64,000 nt of DNA from an uncultured bacterium (GTDB lineage Bacteria > Deinococcota > Deinococci > Deinococcales > Marinithermaceae): assembly GCA_964642655.1 (NCBI GenBank), contig CAZXOY010000002.1, forward strand, positions 41,866 to 105,865, in the 5' to 3' direction. The notes beneath the pieces are model-generated. The model made no database searches. It saw nothing but the letters and a program-made list of their open reading frames with translations, and was not told where the DNA came from. Shown here piece by piece: positions 52,024 to 63,965 of this stretch. The position numbers were made by a program, and so were the translations under genes. Numbering within the stretch: position 1 is the stretch's first letter; each line of letters begins with the position of its first letter.

Positions 52024-52082
52024 AGGCTTATGGGTAAGGGAGGGATAAAAGCGAAGCGGCGCCTCGCTCGGGGGTTCGATCT

Positions 52083-53612
<1,530 letters not shown>

Positions 53613-53616
<4 letters not shown>

Positions 53617-54980
53617 CCGATCTCGGGCTCAGACGCACCTGGGTCGCCGCACTCTTCGCGCTCATGTGGATTCTTATTTTTGGAGCCGGGTTCTATCAAT
53701 TGATCGCGGCTTCGAGGCAAAACGCGCTGCCCCGGATCGAACCTCCGCCACGCCCGCCGGTCGTTCGCGGTCGGATCCTCGCCGCCGACGGCACCCCCCT
53801 GGCCCTGAGCCCAAGCCCAGGTACGCGGCTCTACCCGCTCGGGGCCTTTGCCGGACAAGTCGTGGGGTACACCGAGCGCTATCGCGACCCTGAATCCGGG
53901 GAGTGGGTCTACGGCCGGGGACTCTCGGGCGTCGAACGGATCAGCGAGCTCCGTCTGGCAAGAGGCGAGGACGTCCGACTCACCATCGACCCGATCGTCC
54001 AGGCCCTGGCCGAGGAAGCCCTTGATCGCGGCGTTGAGAAAACCCGGGCCAAGTGGGGCGCGCTCATCGTCCTCGATGCCAAAAGCGGCGCCATCCTCGC
54101 CGCCGCCAACAACCCGACCCTCGACCCCGAAAGCCCCCGCGGCCGCCCCGGCCAAGACCCCCGACTCTTCAACTACGCCTTTCGCTACCTCATCGAACCC
54201 GGGTCCACGGTCAAACCGCTCACCGCGGCCGCGCTGTTGAATGAGGGCAAGGTCACCCTGGAGGAAAAGATCCCCGTCCCTTACCGGCGCAAGGTCGCCG
54301 ATCGCTGGATCCGCGACTGGCGGTGGCACCCCGTCCAAAAGCTCGATCTGGCCGACATCCTGGCCAAATCGTCCAACGTCGGGATCAGCCTCCTCGCCGA
54401 ACGGCTGGATCCCAAGGTTCTCTATCGCTACTTCGAGCGGCTTCACCTCGACGACGCCAACCTCCTACCCGGATTGAGTGAACGGCCACTGGTCAAACCC
54501 CCATCGGCGTGGGGTCCGGTGGAGTACGCCAATGCCAGCTTCGGTCAGGGATTCGCCATCACCCCGCTCCACCTCGCCGCCGCGTTCAACTCGCTGGCCG
54601 ACGGCCGTTACAAACCCCCCGTCCTCTTCGCCGGCCAAGCGGAGGCCCCCGCCCGGGTCTTCAGCCCTGGGGTCGCGGAACGGTTGCGGGGCATTCTCAG
54701 CCAGCGGATCTCGCCCGAGGCCCGCATCCCCGGTTACCGGGTCGCCGGCAAAACCGGAACCGCCCAGATCGCGGTCCCCGGAGGGTACGATCCAAACCGG
54801 GTGGTGGCGCTGTTTGCCGGGTTTGTCCCCGCCGATACCCCGCGGGTGACCGCGGTGGTCGTTCTCTACGACCCCGAGGTTGAAAAGGATCGCCGCTTCG
54901 GCGCCTACCTGGCGGCGCCGGTCTTCAAGGAACTGGCCGAGGGCCTCTTCTCGTACTGGGGCGTACCGCCGACCTGGTAG
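53613..54980 (+). CDS. ftsI: Peptidoglycan D,D-transpeptidase FtsI (PBP3-type class B PBP)
   Basis: GSTVKP (SxxK), KSSN, GKTGTAQ (KTG) motifs; ATG 53613 forms ATGA with the ftsL stop (alternative GTG at 53604). Confidence 0.9.
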
Positions 54981-54981
54981 T

Positions 54982-56292
54982 ATGAACTTGGGTGAGTGGG
55001 TTGTGCAAATACCTCAACATACTCAATACCTAGACCCCGGATGGGTGGCCCAGGTCACCGGAGGACGCCGGCACGAAAAGGCCCGCCCGGCGTCGGACCT
55101 GGGCTGGGACAGTCGCAGTCTCACCCCGGGGAGCGCCTTCGTCGCCCTGCCCGGCCAGCGCACCCACGGCAACGCCTTTTTGGAGGACGCCCTGGCCCGG
55201 GGGGCGGCCTTTTTGCTCACCGATCTGGCGCGCCCCGAAGCCGTCGAGGTCGCCGACCCGTACCGGGCCCTGATCCTCCTCGGCCGGGCCCTGCGGCGGC
55301 GATTTTCCGGGCCGGTGGTCGCGGTGAGCGGCAGCGTGGGCAAGACCACGACCAAGGAATCGCTCGCAAGAGCTCTGGGGTACGCCGCCACCGCGGGCAA
55401 CCTCAACACGGTCCCCGCCCTGGCCCGGTTCTTCCTTCACCTCAACCCAAAGGCAAAGGGGGCCGTGGTCGAACTGGGAATCGATCGCGTCGGGGAGATG
55501 GACGATCTGGTCGAACTCACCGAGCCAGAGATCGGCGTGCTCACCGCCATCGCCCCCGCCCACCTCGAGGCCTTCCGGGACCTCCAAACGGTGGCCCGGG
55601 AAAAGGGGAAGCTCCTGGCCGCCTCAAAGCTCAAAATCGCCGAGGTAGGGGCCGCGCGTTGGCTTGACCTCGAGGGCGTACGCACCTATGGGTTTCACCC
55701 TGAAGCCGATTTCCAGGGGCACGACCTCCGCTACGGTCTTTGGGGCACCCGCTTTGTCTACCGGGGCAAGCGGGTCCATCTCCCCTACCCCGGTCTCGGA
55801 CCCGCGCTCGGGGCCCTGGCGGCGCTGGCCGTGACCGAGATCCTTGGCCAGAGCATCAGCGACGCCATCGAGCGGCTGGGCGCGCTCAGGCTGCCTTCAG
55901 GCCGCCTCGAGGTCATCCACGCCAAAGATCTCACCATCATCCACGACGCCTACAACGCCAACCCTGCCTCGGTCCAAAGCGGTCTGGAACTGCTTAAGCA
56001 GGTCCCGGGGCGGAAAGTGGTGGTGCTCGGCACCATGCTCGAGCTCGGTGAGAGCGCACCGGCCCACCACCAAAGCGCCGCCCGGGCGGCGGCCGCCGTG
56101 GCCGACGAGCTGATCTTCGTCGGCGACTTCGCCGAAGCGATGCAAAAGGCAGCCGGGCGGGGCTCGGTGGCGAGAAGCGTCGCTGAAGCGGCAAAACACC
56201 TGCAAAGGGTGCGGCGTCCCGGCGACGTGGTCTATCTCAAGGCCTCAAGGGGCCTGCGCCTGGAACGATTGCTCGAGGTGATCGATGGGTAG
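54982..56292 (+). CDS. murF: UDP-N-acetylmuramoyl-tripeptide--D-alanyl-D-alanine ligase
   Basis: MurF-type P-loop SGSVGKTTTKE, DAYNANPAS, LGTMLELGE, C-terminal LKASRGLRLE. Confidence 0.9.
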   Translation: MNLGEWVVQIPQHTQYLDPGWVAQVTGGRRHEKARPASDLGWDSRSLTPGSAFVALPGQRTHGNAFLEDALARGAAFLLTDLARPEAVEVADPYRALILLGRALRRRFSGPVVAVSGSVGKTTTKESLARALGYAATAGNLNTVPALARFFLHLNPKAKGAVVELGIDRVGEMDDLVELTEPEIGVLTAIAPAHLEAFRDLQTVAREKGKLLAASKLKIAEVGAARWLDLEGVRTYGFHPEADFQGHDLRYGLWGTRFVYRGKRVHLPYPGLGPALGALAALAVTEILGQSISDAIERLGALRLPSGRLEVIHAKDLTIIHDAYNANPASVQSGLELLKQVPGRKVVVLGTMLELGESAPAHHQSAARAAAAVADELIFVGDFAEAMQKAAGRGSVARSVAEAAKHLQRVRRPGDVVYLKASRGLRLERLLEVIDG

Positions 56293-57034
56293 GCGGAGGG
56301 TAAGCGCAAGGCTCTTTCCGGCGGGCCTGCTCCTGGCAGGCCTCCTCGCCGCCTGCGCACCCACGACCTCCCAGCCCACCCCGAACGTCATCCTCATCCC
56401 CGGCGGCACCATCCGGGGACGCTGGGTGGAGTGGGGCACCTCGCGCTTCCCCCTCCCCGCGCCCCCGCTTCTGGCCGCCGCCAACGGCGATGCACTCTAT
56501 GTCGCCTACGCCGACCAGCTCCTCTTTTTCCGGGGCGGCACCTTTGTGGAAAGCTTCCGACTCTCAACGCCTCCGCGTTTTCTCCACGCCTTTCCTGAGG
56601 CCGTGGTCGGACTTGCAAATGAACTCTTCGTCCCCGGAGCGAAAAAGCGCTTTCCCTACCCCGCCCGGGATGCCCGGGTGCGAAAAGGCGTGTGGTGGAC
56701 CGATGGCGATGCCTGGTACGGTGACCGCAAACTGGCCAGCGGTCGGTTCCGCATCGTGGTGGCCGACGATACTCGGGTCGCCTTCCTAGGCAAAGAAGCG
56801 TTCTTTCCCGGCATCGGCCGCTTTCCGATCCCCCGGTTTCATGCCGCAGCGCTGGCGAGCAACCTCTACCTCCTGACCGACGAGGGCCTTGTCGCCTACA
56901 CCCCGACCGGGCTCCGCATCGCCCGCCGTCCGGGCGCCTACCTGGCCCTTGCCGCCCGAGCCGGGGAGGTTTGGGTTCTTGACCGCCAAGGCGAACGCAT
57001 TCATCTCAACCCGTATCTGGAGGAAACGCCATGA
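56285..57034 (+). CDS. Hypothetical lipoprotein embedded in the dcw cluster
   Basis: Lipobox LLAGLLAAC; overlaps the murF stop by 8 nt and the mraY start by 4 nt; no recognisable family. Confidence 0.6.
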   Translation: MGRRRVSARLFPAGLLLAGLLAACAPTTSQPTPNVILIPGGTIRGRWVEWGTSRFPLPAPPLLAAANGDALYVAYADQLLFFRGGTFVESFRLSTPPRFLHAFPEAVVGLANELFVPGAKKRFPYPARDARVRKGVWWTDGDAWYGDRKLASGRFRIVVADDTRVAFLGKEAFFPGIGRFPIPRFHAAALASNLYLLTDEGLVAYTPTGLRIARRPGAYLALAARAGEVWVLDRQGERIHLNPYLEETP

Positions 57035-57891
57035 GCGTGGTCACTGCGTTCATCCTCAGCTGGTTCCTGGTCGGCCTTGAAGCGAGGCTGCTCCGGGCGT
57101 TCAATCTGGGAAAACGCGTCCGGCAAGATGGCCCCGAGAGCCACCTGCAAAAATCGGGGACCCCGAGCATGGGCGGGCTGGCCATCGCTCTCGCCGCGGC
57201 GCTGGTGTGGTGGCGATACGGCGGCGGCGAGCTCGCGGTCGCGCTCCTCACCCTGGGCTTTTTGCTGCTCGGGCTCCTCGACGACCTGGCCGGGGTCATC
57301 CTGCGACCGCTCAAGGCCCGGGAAAAGCTCGTACTCCAGGTCCTCATCGCCACCGCCTTCGCCATCCACATCTCGGCCACGGTCAGCTACGCCCCCTGGC
57401 CGGCGCTCGATTTCGCGCTCTTTGTCCTGGCCATCGTCGGCACCGCCAACGCCATGAACTTCACCGACGGCCTGGACGGCCTGGCCGCGAGCGTGGGAAT
57501 CATCATCCTCCTCCCCTTCCTGGGCTTGCCCCTTGGCGGGGCGTTCGTCGGGGCGCTGCTCGGCTTTTTGTGGCACAATGCGCCACCCGCTCGGATTTTC
57601 ATGGGCGATGCCGGGTCCCAGGCCCTGGGCGCGCTCATCGCCGGGCTCTTCCTGGTGCAGGGCAAGCTCTTTTTCCTCCCCCTCGTCGCCATCGTGCCCG
57701 TCGCCGAAGTGCTGAGCGTGATCGTCCAGGTCATTTATTTCCGGGCCACGGGGGGCGAGCGGATCCTCCGCATGGCTCCGCTGCACCACCACTTCGAACT
57801 CGGGGGCTGGCCCGAGGCCAAGGTTGTCTTCCGCTTCGCGGTGGTCACCGCCGTGGCCACAGCGCTGGCGACGGCGCTTTGGGGGGCATGA
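57031..57891 (+). CDS. mraY: Phospho-N-acetylmuramoyl-pentapeptide-transferase
   Basis: Conserved MraY blocks NAMNFTDGLDGLA, FMGDAGSQALG, RMAPLHHHFELGGW; compact 286-aa form. Confidence 0.85.
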   Translation: MSVVTAFILSWFLVGLEARLLRAFNLGKRVRQDGPESHLQKSGTPSMGGLAIALAAALVWWRYGGGELAVALLTLGFLLLGLLDDLAGVILRPLKAREKLVLQVLIATAFAIHISATVSYAPWPALDFALFVLAIVGTANAMNFTDGLDGLAASVGIIILLPFLGLPLGGAFVGALLGFLWHNAPPARIFMGDAGSQALGALIAGLFLVQGKLFFLPLVAIVPVAEVLSVIVQVIYFRATGGERILRMAPLHHHFELGGWPEAKVVFRFAVVTAVATALATALWGA

Positions 57892-59129
57892 TGCGGCTGG
57901 TCTTCGGTCTGGGACAAAGCGGGCTCGGCGTCCTGCGTTTTCTCAAGCGTCACGGGATTCCGGCCCGCTTCTACGACGAACACCCGAGACCAGAGCACCT
58001 CGAGGCCGCCCTTGCCCTGGGTTTTGAAGCCGATCCTGACCCGGCGCCGGGGGTTTACCAAGAAGTGATCGCCGCCCCCGGGGTACCCATCGACCACCCC
58101 CGCCTGAGGACACTCGGCGCCCCGGTCATCGGCGAGGCCGAGCTGGCCTCGCGCCTTGGCAAGGCCGAGATCATCGCCATCACCGGGACCGCTGGCAAGA
58201 CCTCGACCACCACCTTCACCGCCCACCTGCTCCGCGCCCAGGGCCTTTCGGCGCTGGAAGGCGGCAACATCGGCACCCCTTTGGTCGACGTCATCGACCG
58301 GGCCGAGGTCGCGGTGGCCGAGCTCTCGAGCTTCCAGCTCGAGCGCATCCGCGACTTTCATCCCCGGGTGGCGGTCCTGCTAAACCTCGGTCGCGACCAC
58401 CTCGACCGGCACCGCACGCTCGAGGCCTACCACCGAGCCAAGCTCAATCTCCTCAAAAACCTCACCTCCAACGACGCGGTGGTCTACAATGCCGCCGACG
58501 CCAAGATCGTCGAGGCCCTCGAAGAAACCCCGGCCCGGCGTTTTCCTTTTACCCCTCAAGCCACCCCGCGGGAAACCAACCTCGAGGCCGCCCGTCGAGC
58601 GGCCATCGCCTATCTCACGCTCCGCGGCGGGACGATCGATCCAAAGTCGATCGATGAGGCGCTCCGCACCGCCCCCACCGTCCCCGGCCGCTTCGAAGTC
58701 GTCGGCCAAAGGGGCGGCGTCGTCTTCATCGACGACTCCATCGCCACCCGAACCCTGGCCGTTCGGGCAGCGCTCGAGGCCGCCCCGGCGCCGGTGGCCT
58801 GGATCCTGGGAGGCATCGACAAAGGCGCCGACCCCCTGCCGCTTCGCCCCCTGGTGCGGGCGAAGGTGGCCCTGATCCTCGCCATCGGGCGCGACGGCCC
58901 CAAGCTGGCCCGAAGCTACGCCGACGCGGTTCCCGTGGTCGAGATCACAGCGTCGGGTAAGGAGGCGTTTTCCCGGGCGATCGAAATCGCGCTCTCCCGC
59001 ATCGACCGTGGCAGCGTTCTCCTGGCCCCGCTCGCGGCTTCCTTCGACATGTTCCGCGACTATAAGGCGCGTTCCCAAGCTTTTCGGGCTGCGGTCAAGG
59101 AGGTGCTATGGACCCCTACCTCCTCCTAG
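57888..59129 (+). CDS. murD: UDP-N-acetylmuramoylalanine--D-glutamate ligase
   Basis: GLGQSGLGVLRFL N-terminus, ITGTAGKTSTT P-loop; ATGA overlap with mraY. Confidence 0.9.
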   Translation: MMRLVFGLGQSGLGVLRFLKRHGIPARFYDEHPRPEHLEAALALGFEADPDPAPGVYQEVIAAPGVPIDHPRLRTLGAPVIGEAELASRLGKAEIIAITGTAGKTSTTTFTAHLLRAQGLSALEGGNIGTPLVDVIDRAEVAVAELSSFQLERIRDFHPRVAVLLNLGRDHLDRHRTLEAYHRAKLNLLKNLTSNDAVVYNAADAKIVEALEETPARRFPFTPQATPRETNLEAARRAAIAYLTLRGGTIDPKSIDEALRTAPTVPGRFEVVGQRGGVVFIDDSIATRTLAVRAALEAAPAPVAWILGGIDKGADPLPLRPLVRAKVALILAIGRDGPKLARSYADAVPVVEITASGKEAFSRAIEIALSRIDRGSVLLAPLAASFDMFRDYKARSQAFRAAVKEVLWTPTSS

Positions 59130-60163
59130 CCCAACTCCTCCTGTCCGGCTTCGGCCTCGTCGTCGTGGCGACGGCGGCCCCGGGGCTCTTCGTGTCGCAC
59201 GCCGCGAAGCTCAGCGTGGCGTTGCTGGTGACGCTGGTGGTCTCGAGAGCTTCGCTACCCTTTTTCCTTAAATGGGCCCGCTGGTTCTACGCCGGGGCGG
59301 TCATCCTGCTTTTCCTCGCCATTCTCATCGGGGTCGATGTTCGCCCGGGCAAGGACTACGCCCACCGATGGCTGGTCTTTGGCGGCATTTCCTTCCAGCC
59401 GGCCGAGCTCAGCAAACTCCTCCTGGTGTTTTACCTGGCGAGATTCTTCGAAGACCACGGCACCGACTACCCGGTACTGGGCCCGGTCACCGTCATCGCC
59501 CTGGCGGTGTCGCTGGTGGCCATGGAGCCCGACTTTGCCACCGCGGCCTTCCACTTGATCCTCGCCCTGTTCATCCTCCTGGCCATCGGCGTGCCCTGGC
59601 GCCGCCTCTTTGCCATTGGAATCTTCAGCTTCCTCATCGCTATGAGTCTTCAAAGTCTCTACCTCAGCCGCTTCGGCCACGTGCTCGAGCGCTTCCGCGA
59701 ATTCTTCTCCGGAGAACAGGGGGTCTACCAGGTGGTGCGGGCCAAGGAGGCCATCGTCGCCGGCGGACTCTTTGGCCAAGGGCCCGGCGCCAGCATGCCC
59801 TATGTCCCCTACGCCTACAACGACATGGCCTTCGCCACGCTGGCTTTCGCCCTGGGCTGGCTCGGGGTCACGCTGCTCTTTTTGGCCTATGGCATCATCT
59901 TCTTCCGCGGGATGCAGATCGCGGTGAACCTGCAGGGCGGCATCAGCGTGGTCGCGCTGGGCATGACCGCCGCCATCACCCTGCAGGCCGCGGTGCATAC
60001 CGCGGTGGTCCTCGGCCTGCTGCCGACCACCGGCATCCCCTTGCCGATGATCAGTTACGGTGGCACCTCGCTGGTGGCCAGCGGGCTGGCCCTGGGGTTT
60101 TTGCACGCGGCCTCGAACGCCGCATTTCCCCGCGGCAAGGCCGAGAGAAGGGAGGCGCGATGA
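59108..60163 (+). CDS. ftsW: Peptidoglycan glycosyltransferase FtsW (SEDS family)
   Basis: 10-TM SEDS protein, PLPMISYGGTSL motif. Confidence 0.9.
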   Translation: MDPYLLLAQLLLSGFGLVVVATAAPGLFVSHAAKLSVALLVTLVVSRASLPFFLKWARWFYAGAVILLFLAILIGVDVRPGKDYAHRWLVFGGISFQPAELSKLLLVFYLARFFEDHGTDYPVLGPVTVIALAVSLVAMEPDFATAAFHLILALFILLAIGVPWRRLFAIGIFSFLIAMSLQSLYLSRFGHVLERFREFFSGEQGVYQVVRAKEAIVAGGLFGQGPGASMPYVPYAYNDMAFATLAFALGWLGVTLLFLAYGIIFFRGMQIAVNLQGGISVVALGMTAAITLQAAVHTAVVLGLLPTTGIPLPMISYGGTSLVASGLALGFLHAASNAAFPRGKAERREAR

Positions 60164-61212
60164 AGATCGCCCTCACCGGTGGCGGCACCGGCGGCCACAT
60201 CTTCCCCGCCATCGCCGTGGGCGAAGCTCTTGCCCGGCGGGGCCACGAGGTCTTCTACGTGGGCTCGAGCGGCCTTGAATCCCGGCTGGCCCCGAAACAC
60301 TTCCCCTTTTACGAAATCGCCGCCGGCAAGCTCGATCGTACCGCACTCCGCCCGGCCGAAGCCCTCAAGGTGGCAAAGGGCCTCGCCCAGGCCCTGGCTC
60401 TGGCCAGGCGGATGCGCCCCGACGCGGTCTTCGCCACGGGGGGCTACGCCGCCTTTCCCTTCGCCTTCGCCGCCAGCACCTTGGGCAGTCCCCTGATTCT
60501 TCACGAACAAAACGCCGCCCTGGGCCTGGCCAACCGGCTCCTCGTCCGGCGGGCCCGACTCCTGACCCTCGCCGTACCGGCAAACCTCCCGCCCATGCTC
60601 AAGGCTCGCGCCCAGGTGGTCGGGATGCCGGTGCGTGAGGTTCGGCACCCCCGCGAGGCGGCCAGACGCCAGCTCGGGCTCGACCAGCAGCGCCCCACCC
60701 TCCTGGTGCTCGGGGGCAGCCAGGGGGCACGGGTGTTCAACCAACGCCTGCCGGCGTTGCTCGCGCCCTTCCTCGACCGCATTCAGGTGGTCCACCAAAC
60801 CGGAATCCGCTGGCTCGAGGAAACCCGGGCCACCTTCTCGCACCCCCATTACCACTTCGTGGACTTCCTCGACACCACGCTCGCCTGGTCGGCCTCGGAT
60901 CTGGCGGTCACCCGTGCCGGGGCCATGACCCTGGCGGAAGCCGCCTACCATGGAGTACCGTTGATCATCGTGCCGCTGCCGAGTTCGGCCGGCGGCCACC
61001 AGAAAAAAAACGCACGGCTCTACGAAGCCCGGGGGGCGGCGAGGGTGGTGTTGCAGGAGAGGATCGAAGCGCTGGGCGAACACATCGAGGCGTTGCTCGA
61101 CCCCGAAACCCGAAGGGCCATGCGGAAAGCCCTTCAAACGCTCAGCCCCGCCGGAAGCGCCGAACGGCTGGCCTCGTTGATCGAATCGTGCTTGAAAGGA
61201 GTCACCGCGTGA
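60160..61212 (+). CDS. murG: UDP-GlcNAc:lipid I GlcNAc transferase MurG
   Basis: GGTGGHIFPAIAV N-terminal motif, GT28 fold. Confidence 0.9.
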   Translation: MKIALTGGGTGGHIFPAIAVGEALARRGHEVFYVGSSGLESRLAPKHFPFYEIAAGKLDRTALRPAEALKVAKGLAQALALARRMRPDAVFATGGYAAFPFAFAASTLGSPLILHEQNAALGLANRLLVRRARLLTLAVPANLPPMLKARAQVVGMPVREVRHPREAARRQLGLDQQRPTLLVLGGSQGARVFNQRLPALLAPFLDRIQVVHQTGIRWLEETRATFSHPHYHFVDFLDTTLAWSASDLAVTRAGAMTLAEAAYHGVPLIIVPLPSSAGGHQKKNARLYEARGAARVVLQERIEALGEHIEALLDPETRRAMRKALQTLSPAGSAERLASLIESCLKGVTA

Positions 61213-62573
61213 AGCAAGGCACCCACCTGCACCTGATGGGCCTCGAGGGCATCGGAATGAGCGCGCTGGCCCGGGTCCTGGTCGCCGAAGGCCACAGGGT
61301 CTCGGGCTGCGACCTGCGCCCGGCGGAAAACGCAGGGGCGCTGGCGGCGATCGGGGTTGATGTTTTCCCGGGACATGACCCCGACCATCTGCAAGGGGTG
61401 GACCGGCTCGTCGTCTCCAACGCGGTTCCCGAAACGCACCCCGAGGTTCGGGCGGCGAGGGCACGGGGCATCCCGGTGCAAAAGCGCATCGAGCTGCTGG
61501 CGGAGATTCTGGCCCGTGCGCGTAGCATCGGCGTCACCGGAACCCACGGCAAATCGACCACCACCGCCATGCTGGGCCAGATCTTCCTCGCCGCCGGGCT
61601 CGACCCCACGGTGCTGGTTGGGGCCAGGGTCCCGGATTTTGGCAGCAACGCAAGAATCGGCCAAGGGGACTACCGGATCGCCGAGATCGACGAGTCCGAC
61701 CGGCTGTTCCCCAAGGCCAGAGTCGATGTCGCGGTGCTGACGAACCTCGAGGACGACCACATCGGCGACACGCGTCCCAGCTATCATCCCAGCGAAGCGG
61801 CGCTGCGCCAGGCCATCCGTCGCTGGCTCGAACGCGCCGGCAAAGTGGTCTACAACGCCGACTGGCCTCATCTTTCCCGACTTTTGCCCGACACCGAGCG
61901 GATCGGTTTCGGACGCCAGCGGGGTGAACTCAGGGCCGAGGCGCTTCGCCTCGAGGCCACCGGGAGCACATTCTCCCTGGTCTACGACGGGCAGGTCCTC
62001 GGCGAGATCCACCTCCACCTTCCGGGGGCTCACAACGTCGAAAACGCCCTCGCCGCGGCGGCTGCGGCGGTTTCAGAGGGCATCGCGTTCGAGGCCATTC
62101 GGGCCGGGCTCGACGCCTTCAAAGGCATCGGGCGTAGGTTCGAGCGGGTGGGGCAGATCGGCGAGGTTCCAGTCTACGACGACTACGCCCACCACCCCAC
62201 CGAGGTTGCAGCGACGCTCCGCACCGCCAAACAAACCGGGCGCCGGGTTCGCGTGGTCTTCCAGCCCCACCGCTACCGGCGCACCGCCCAGATGTGGCAT
62301 CGGTTCGCCGAAGCGCTGGCCATCGCCGACGAAGTCGTGGTCCTGGAGATCTACGCCGCCGGCGAAGCCCCGATCCCTGACGTGAGCGGCGAGAAGATCG
62401 CCCGGGCGCTCCAGAGCCGCGGGGTGACGGCATCCTACATGGGCTGGGACGAAGCCCTCGACCACCTCAAGCAAAGCCTCGAGGATCGAGACCTCATCCT
62501 CACCATCGGGGCCGGAGACGTATGGCGCCTGGCGCGCCAGCTGGTCCAGGCGGGGGAAGCGGTATGGAGGTGA
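61188..62573 (+). CDS. murC: UDP-N-acetylmuramate--L-alanine ligase
   Basis: GIGMSALARVL, GTHGKSTTTAML P-loop; the more likely start is GTG 61209 (AAAGGAG SD 7 nt upstream) rather than 61188. Confidence 0.9.
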   Translation: MLERSHRVKQGTHLHLMGLEGIGMSALARVLVAEGHRVSGCDLRPAENAGALAAIGVDVFPGHDPDHLQGVDRLVVSNAVPETHPEVRAARARGIPVQKRIELLAEILARARSIGVTGTHGKSTTTAMLGQIFLAAGLDPTVLVGARVPDFGSNARIGQGDYRIAEIDESDRLFPKARVDVAVLTNLEDDHIGDTRPSYHPSEAALRQAIRRWLERAGKVVYNADWPHLSRLLPDTERIGFGRQRGELRAEALRLEATGSTFSLVYDGQVLGEIHLHLPGAHNVENALAAAAAAVSEGIAFEAIRAGLDAFKGIGRRFERVGQIGEVPVYDDYAHHPTEVAATLRTAKQTGRRVRVVFQPHRYRRTAQMWHRFAEALAIADEVVVLEIYAAGEAPIPDVSGEKIARALQSRGVTASYMGWDEALDHLKQSLEDRDLILTIGAGDVWRLARQLVQAGEAVWR

Positions 62574-63370
62574 AACGCGTTCACTTAAAGGACTTCACCA
62601 CCCTGGGCGTGGGAGGACCGGCCGAGCTCTGGCTGGTCGAGACTCTCGATGACCTGGCCCGGGCCACCGAAGCCCCCTACCGGATCCTCGGCAACGGCTC
62701 CAACCTGCTGGTGGCCGACGAGGGGGTCCCCGAGCGGGTGATTAAGCTTGGGGGCGAGTTCGCGACGTGGGACCTCGACGGTTGGATCGGGGCCGGGGCG
62801 CTCCTGCCCCAGATCGTTCAGGAAGCGGCGAAACGGGGCCGCTCGGGCCTCGAGGGCCTGCTCGGGATTCCGGCCAGCGTCGGCGGCGCCGTCCGGATGA
62901 ACGCCGGCACCCGCTTCGGCACCATCGCCGAGGCACTGGCCGAGATCGAGTACTTCCACGAGGGGCGCCTCATCCGGGTAGGGCCCGAAGCCCTGGACTT
63001 CGGCTATCGGAAGAGCGGGCTACCCGAGGGCAGCGTGGTAACCCGGGTTCGCCTCGACCTCAAGCACCGTCCGAATGCGGAAATCCTCGCCCGCATGCGG
63101 CGGGTGGACCAGGCGCGAAAGGGCCAGCCGAAGCGCAAGAGCGCCGGCTGCGCCTTCAAAAACCCGCCGGGGGACGCCGCCGGCCGGCTCATCGACCTCG
63201 CCGGCTTCAAGGGCCTGCGGCGGGGCCAAGCCATGGTCAGCACCGAGCACGGAAACTTCATCGTAAACTTAGGGGGAGCGAGCGCCAAGGAGGTCTGGGC
63301 CTTGATCGAAGAAATCCGCAAAACGCTCCCGTTGGAGCTGGAATGGGAGGTTTGGGGGAGGTTTCCATAA
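62564..63370 (+). CDS. murB: UDP-N-acetylenolpyruvoylglucosamine reductase
   Basis: FAD-binding PCMH domain (LGVGGPAELW...ILGNGSNLLV), 268 aa. Confidence 0.9.
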   Translation: MEVKRVHLKDFTTLGVGGPAELWLVETLDDLARATEAPYRILGNGSNLLVADEGVPERVIKLGGEFATWDLDGWIGAGALLPQIVQEAAKRGRSGLEGLLGIPASVGGAVRMNAGTRFGTIAEALAEIEYFHEGRLIRVGPEALDFGYRKSGLPEGSVVTRVRLDLKHRPNAEILARMRRVDQARKGQPKRKSAGCAFKNPPGDAAGRLIDLAGFKGLRRGQAMVSTEHGNFIVNLGGASAKEVWALIEEIRKTLPLELEWEVWGRFP

Positions 63371-63371
63371 G

Positions 63372-63965
63372 ATGGCCCGCCTCCTCGCCGCCCTGATCCT
63401 CGCCGGCTTGCTCATTGTGGCCGGGTGGCTGGCCTTCCCCGTGCGCGAGGTCGTGGTCGTCGGCAACCGGGCCCTCCCCGCGACCGCCGTGGCCCGGATC
63501 GCAGGGCTCTATTCCGGCGCCCCCTGGCTGTACTTGGGACCGGCGACCGCGAGGAAGCTTGAAAACCATCCCCTAATCGCGAAGGCAAAGATTTCCCGGC
63601 CGAGCATCGGGCTGGTGGTGATCGAAATCCAAGAACGCCGTCCTCTGGCCTATCTCGACCGCACCCTAGGCATCCCAAGCGGGGCCAAGGCGCGGCTGGT
63701 ACTCGATGCCAGCGGCTTTCCCCTGCCCAATTACAGGCGGGGTGGCGTGCGTTTGCTCGGGTACGGACCCGACCTCGACCAGGCACTCCAACTCGCCCAG
63801 CGTTTCCCCGACGCCCGAGTCATACGCTACTCGCCCCTGGGATTTGGCGTAGACTTTGGAAGGAGCACGCTTTGGGCACCCACGGCACGCGAGTTGCTCC
63901 GTGCCCCACGCCCGAACAAGGGGCGGCTTCAGATGTACGCTTGGGGGGTGAGCGTCCGCCAATGA
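63372..63965 (+). CDS. ftsQ: Cell division protein FtsQ/DivIB (short form)
   Basis: One TM helix, then a POTRA-like region (VREVVVVGNRALPATAV); canonical position before ftsA. Confidence 0.7.
   Translation: MARLLAALILAGLLIVAGWLAFPVREVVVVGNRALPATAVARIAGLYSGAPWLYLGPATARKLENHPLIAKAKISRPSIGLVVIEIQERRPLAYLDRTLGIPSGAKARLVLDASGFPLPNYRRGGVRLLGYGPDLDQALQLAQRFPDARVIRYSPLGFGVDFGRSTLWAPTARELLRAPRPNKGRLQMYAWGVSVRQ

Noticed and set aside
54982-56292. Possibility that this ligase is MurE rather than MurF (which would restore the canonical ftsI-murE order)
   Set aside because: The P-loop GSVGKTTTKE and the C-terminal LKASRGLRLE are MurF-type (MurE has TGTNGKTT). A single gene of 436 aa cannot be both, so murE is taken as absent from the cluster.
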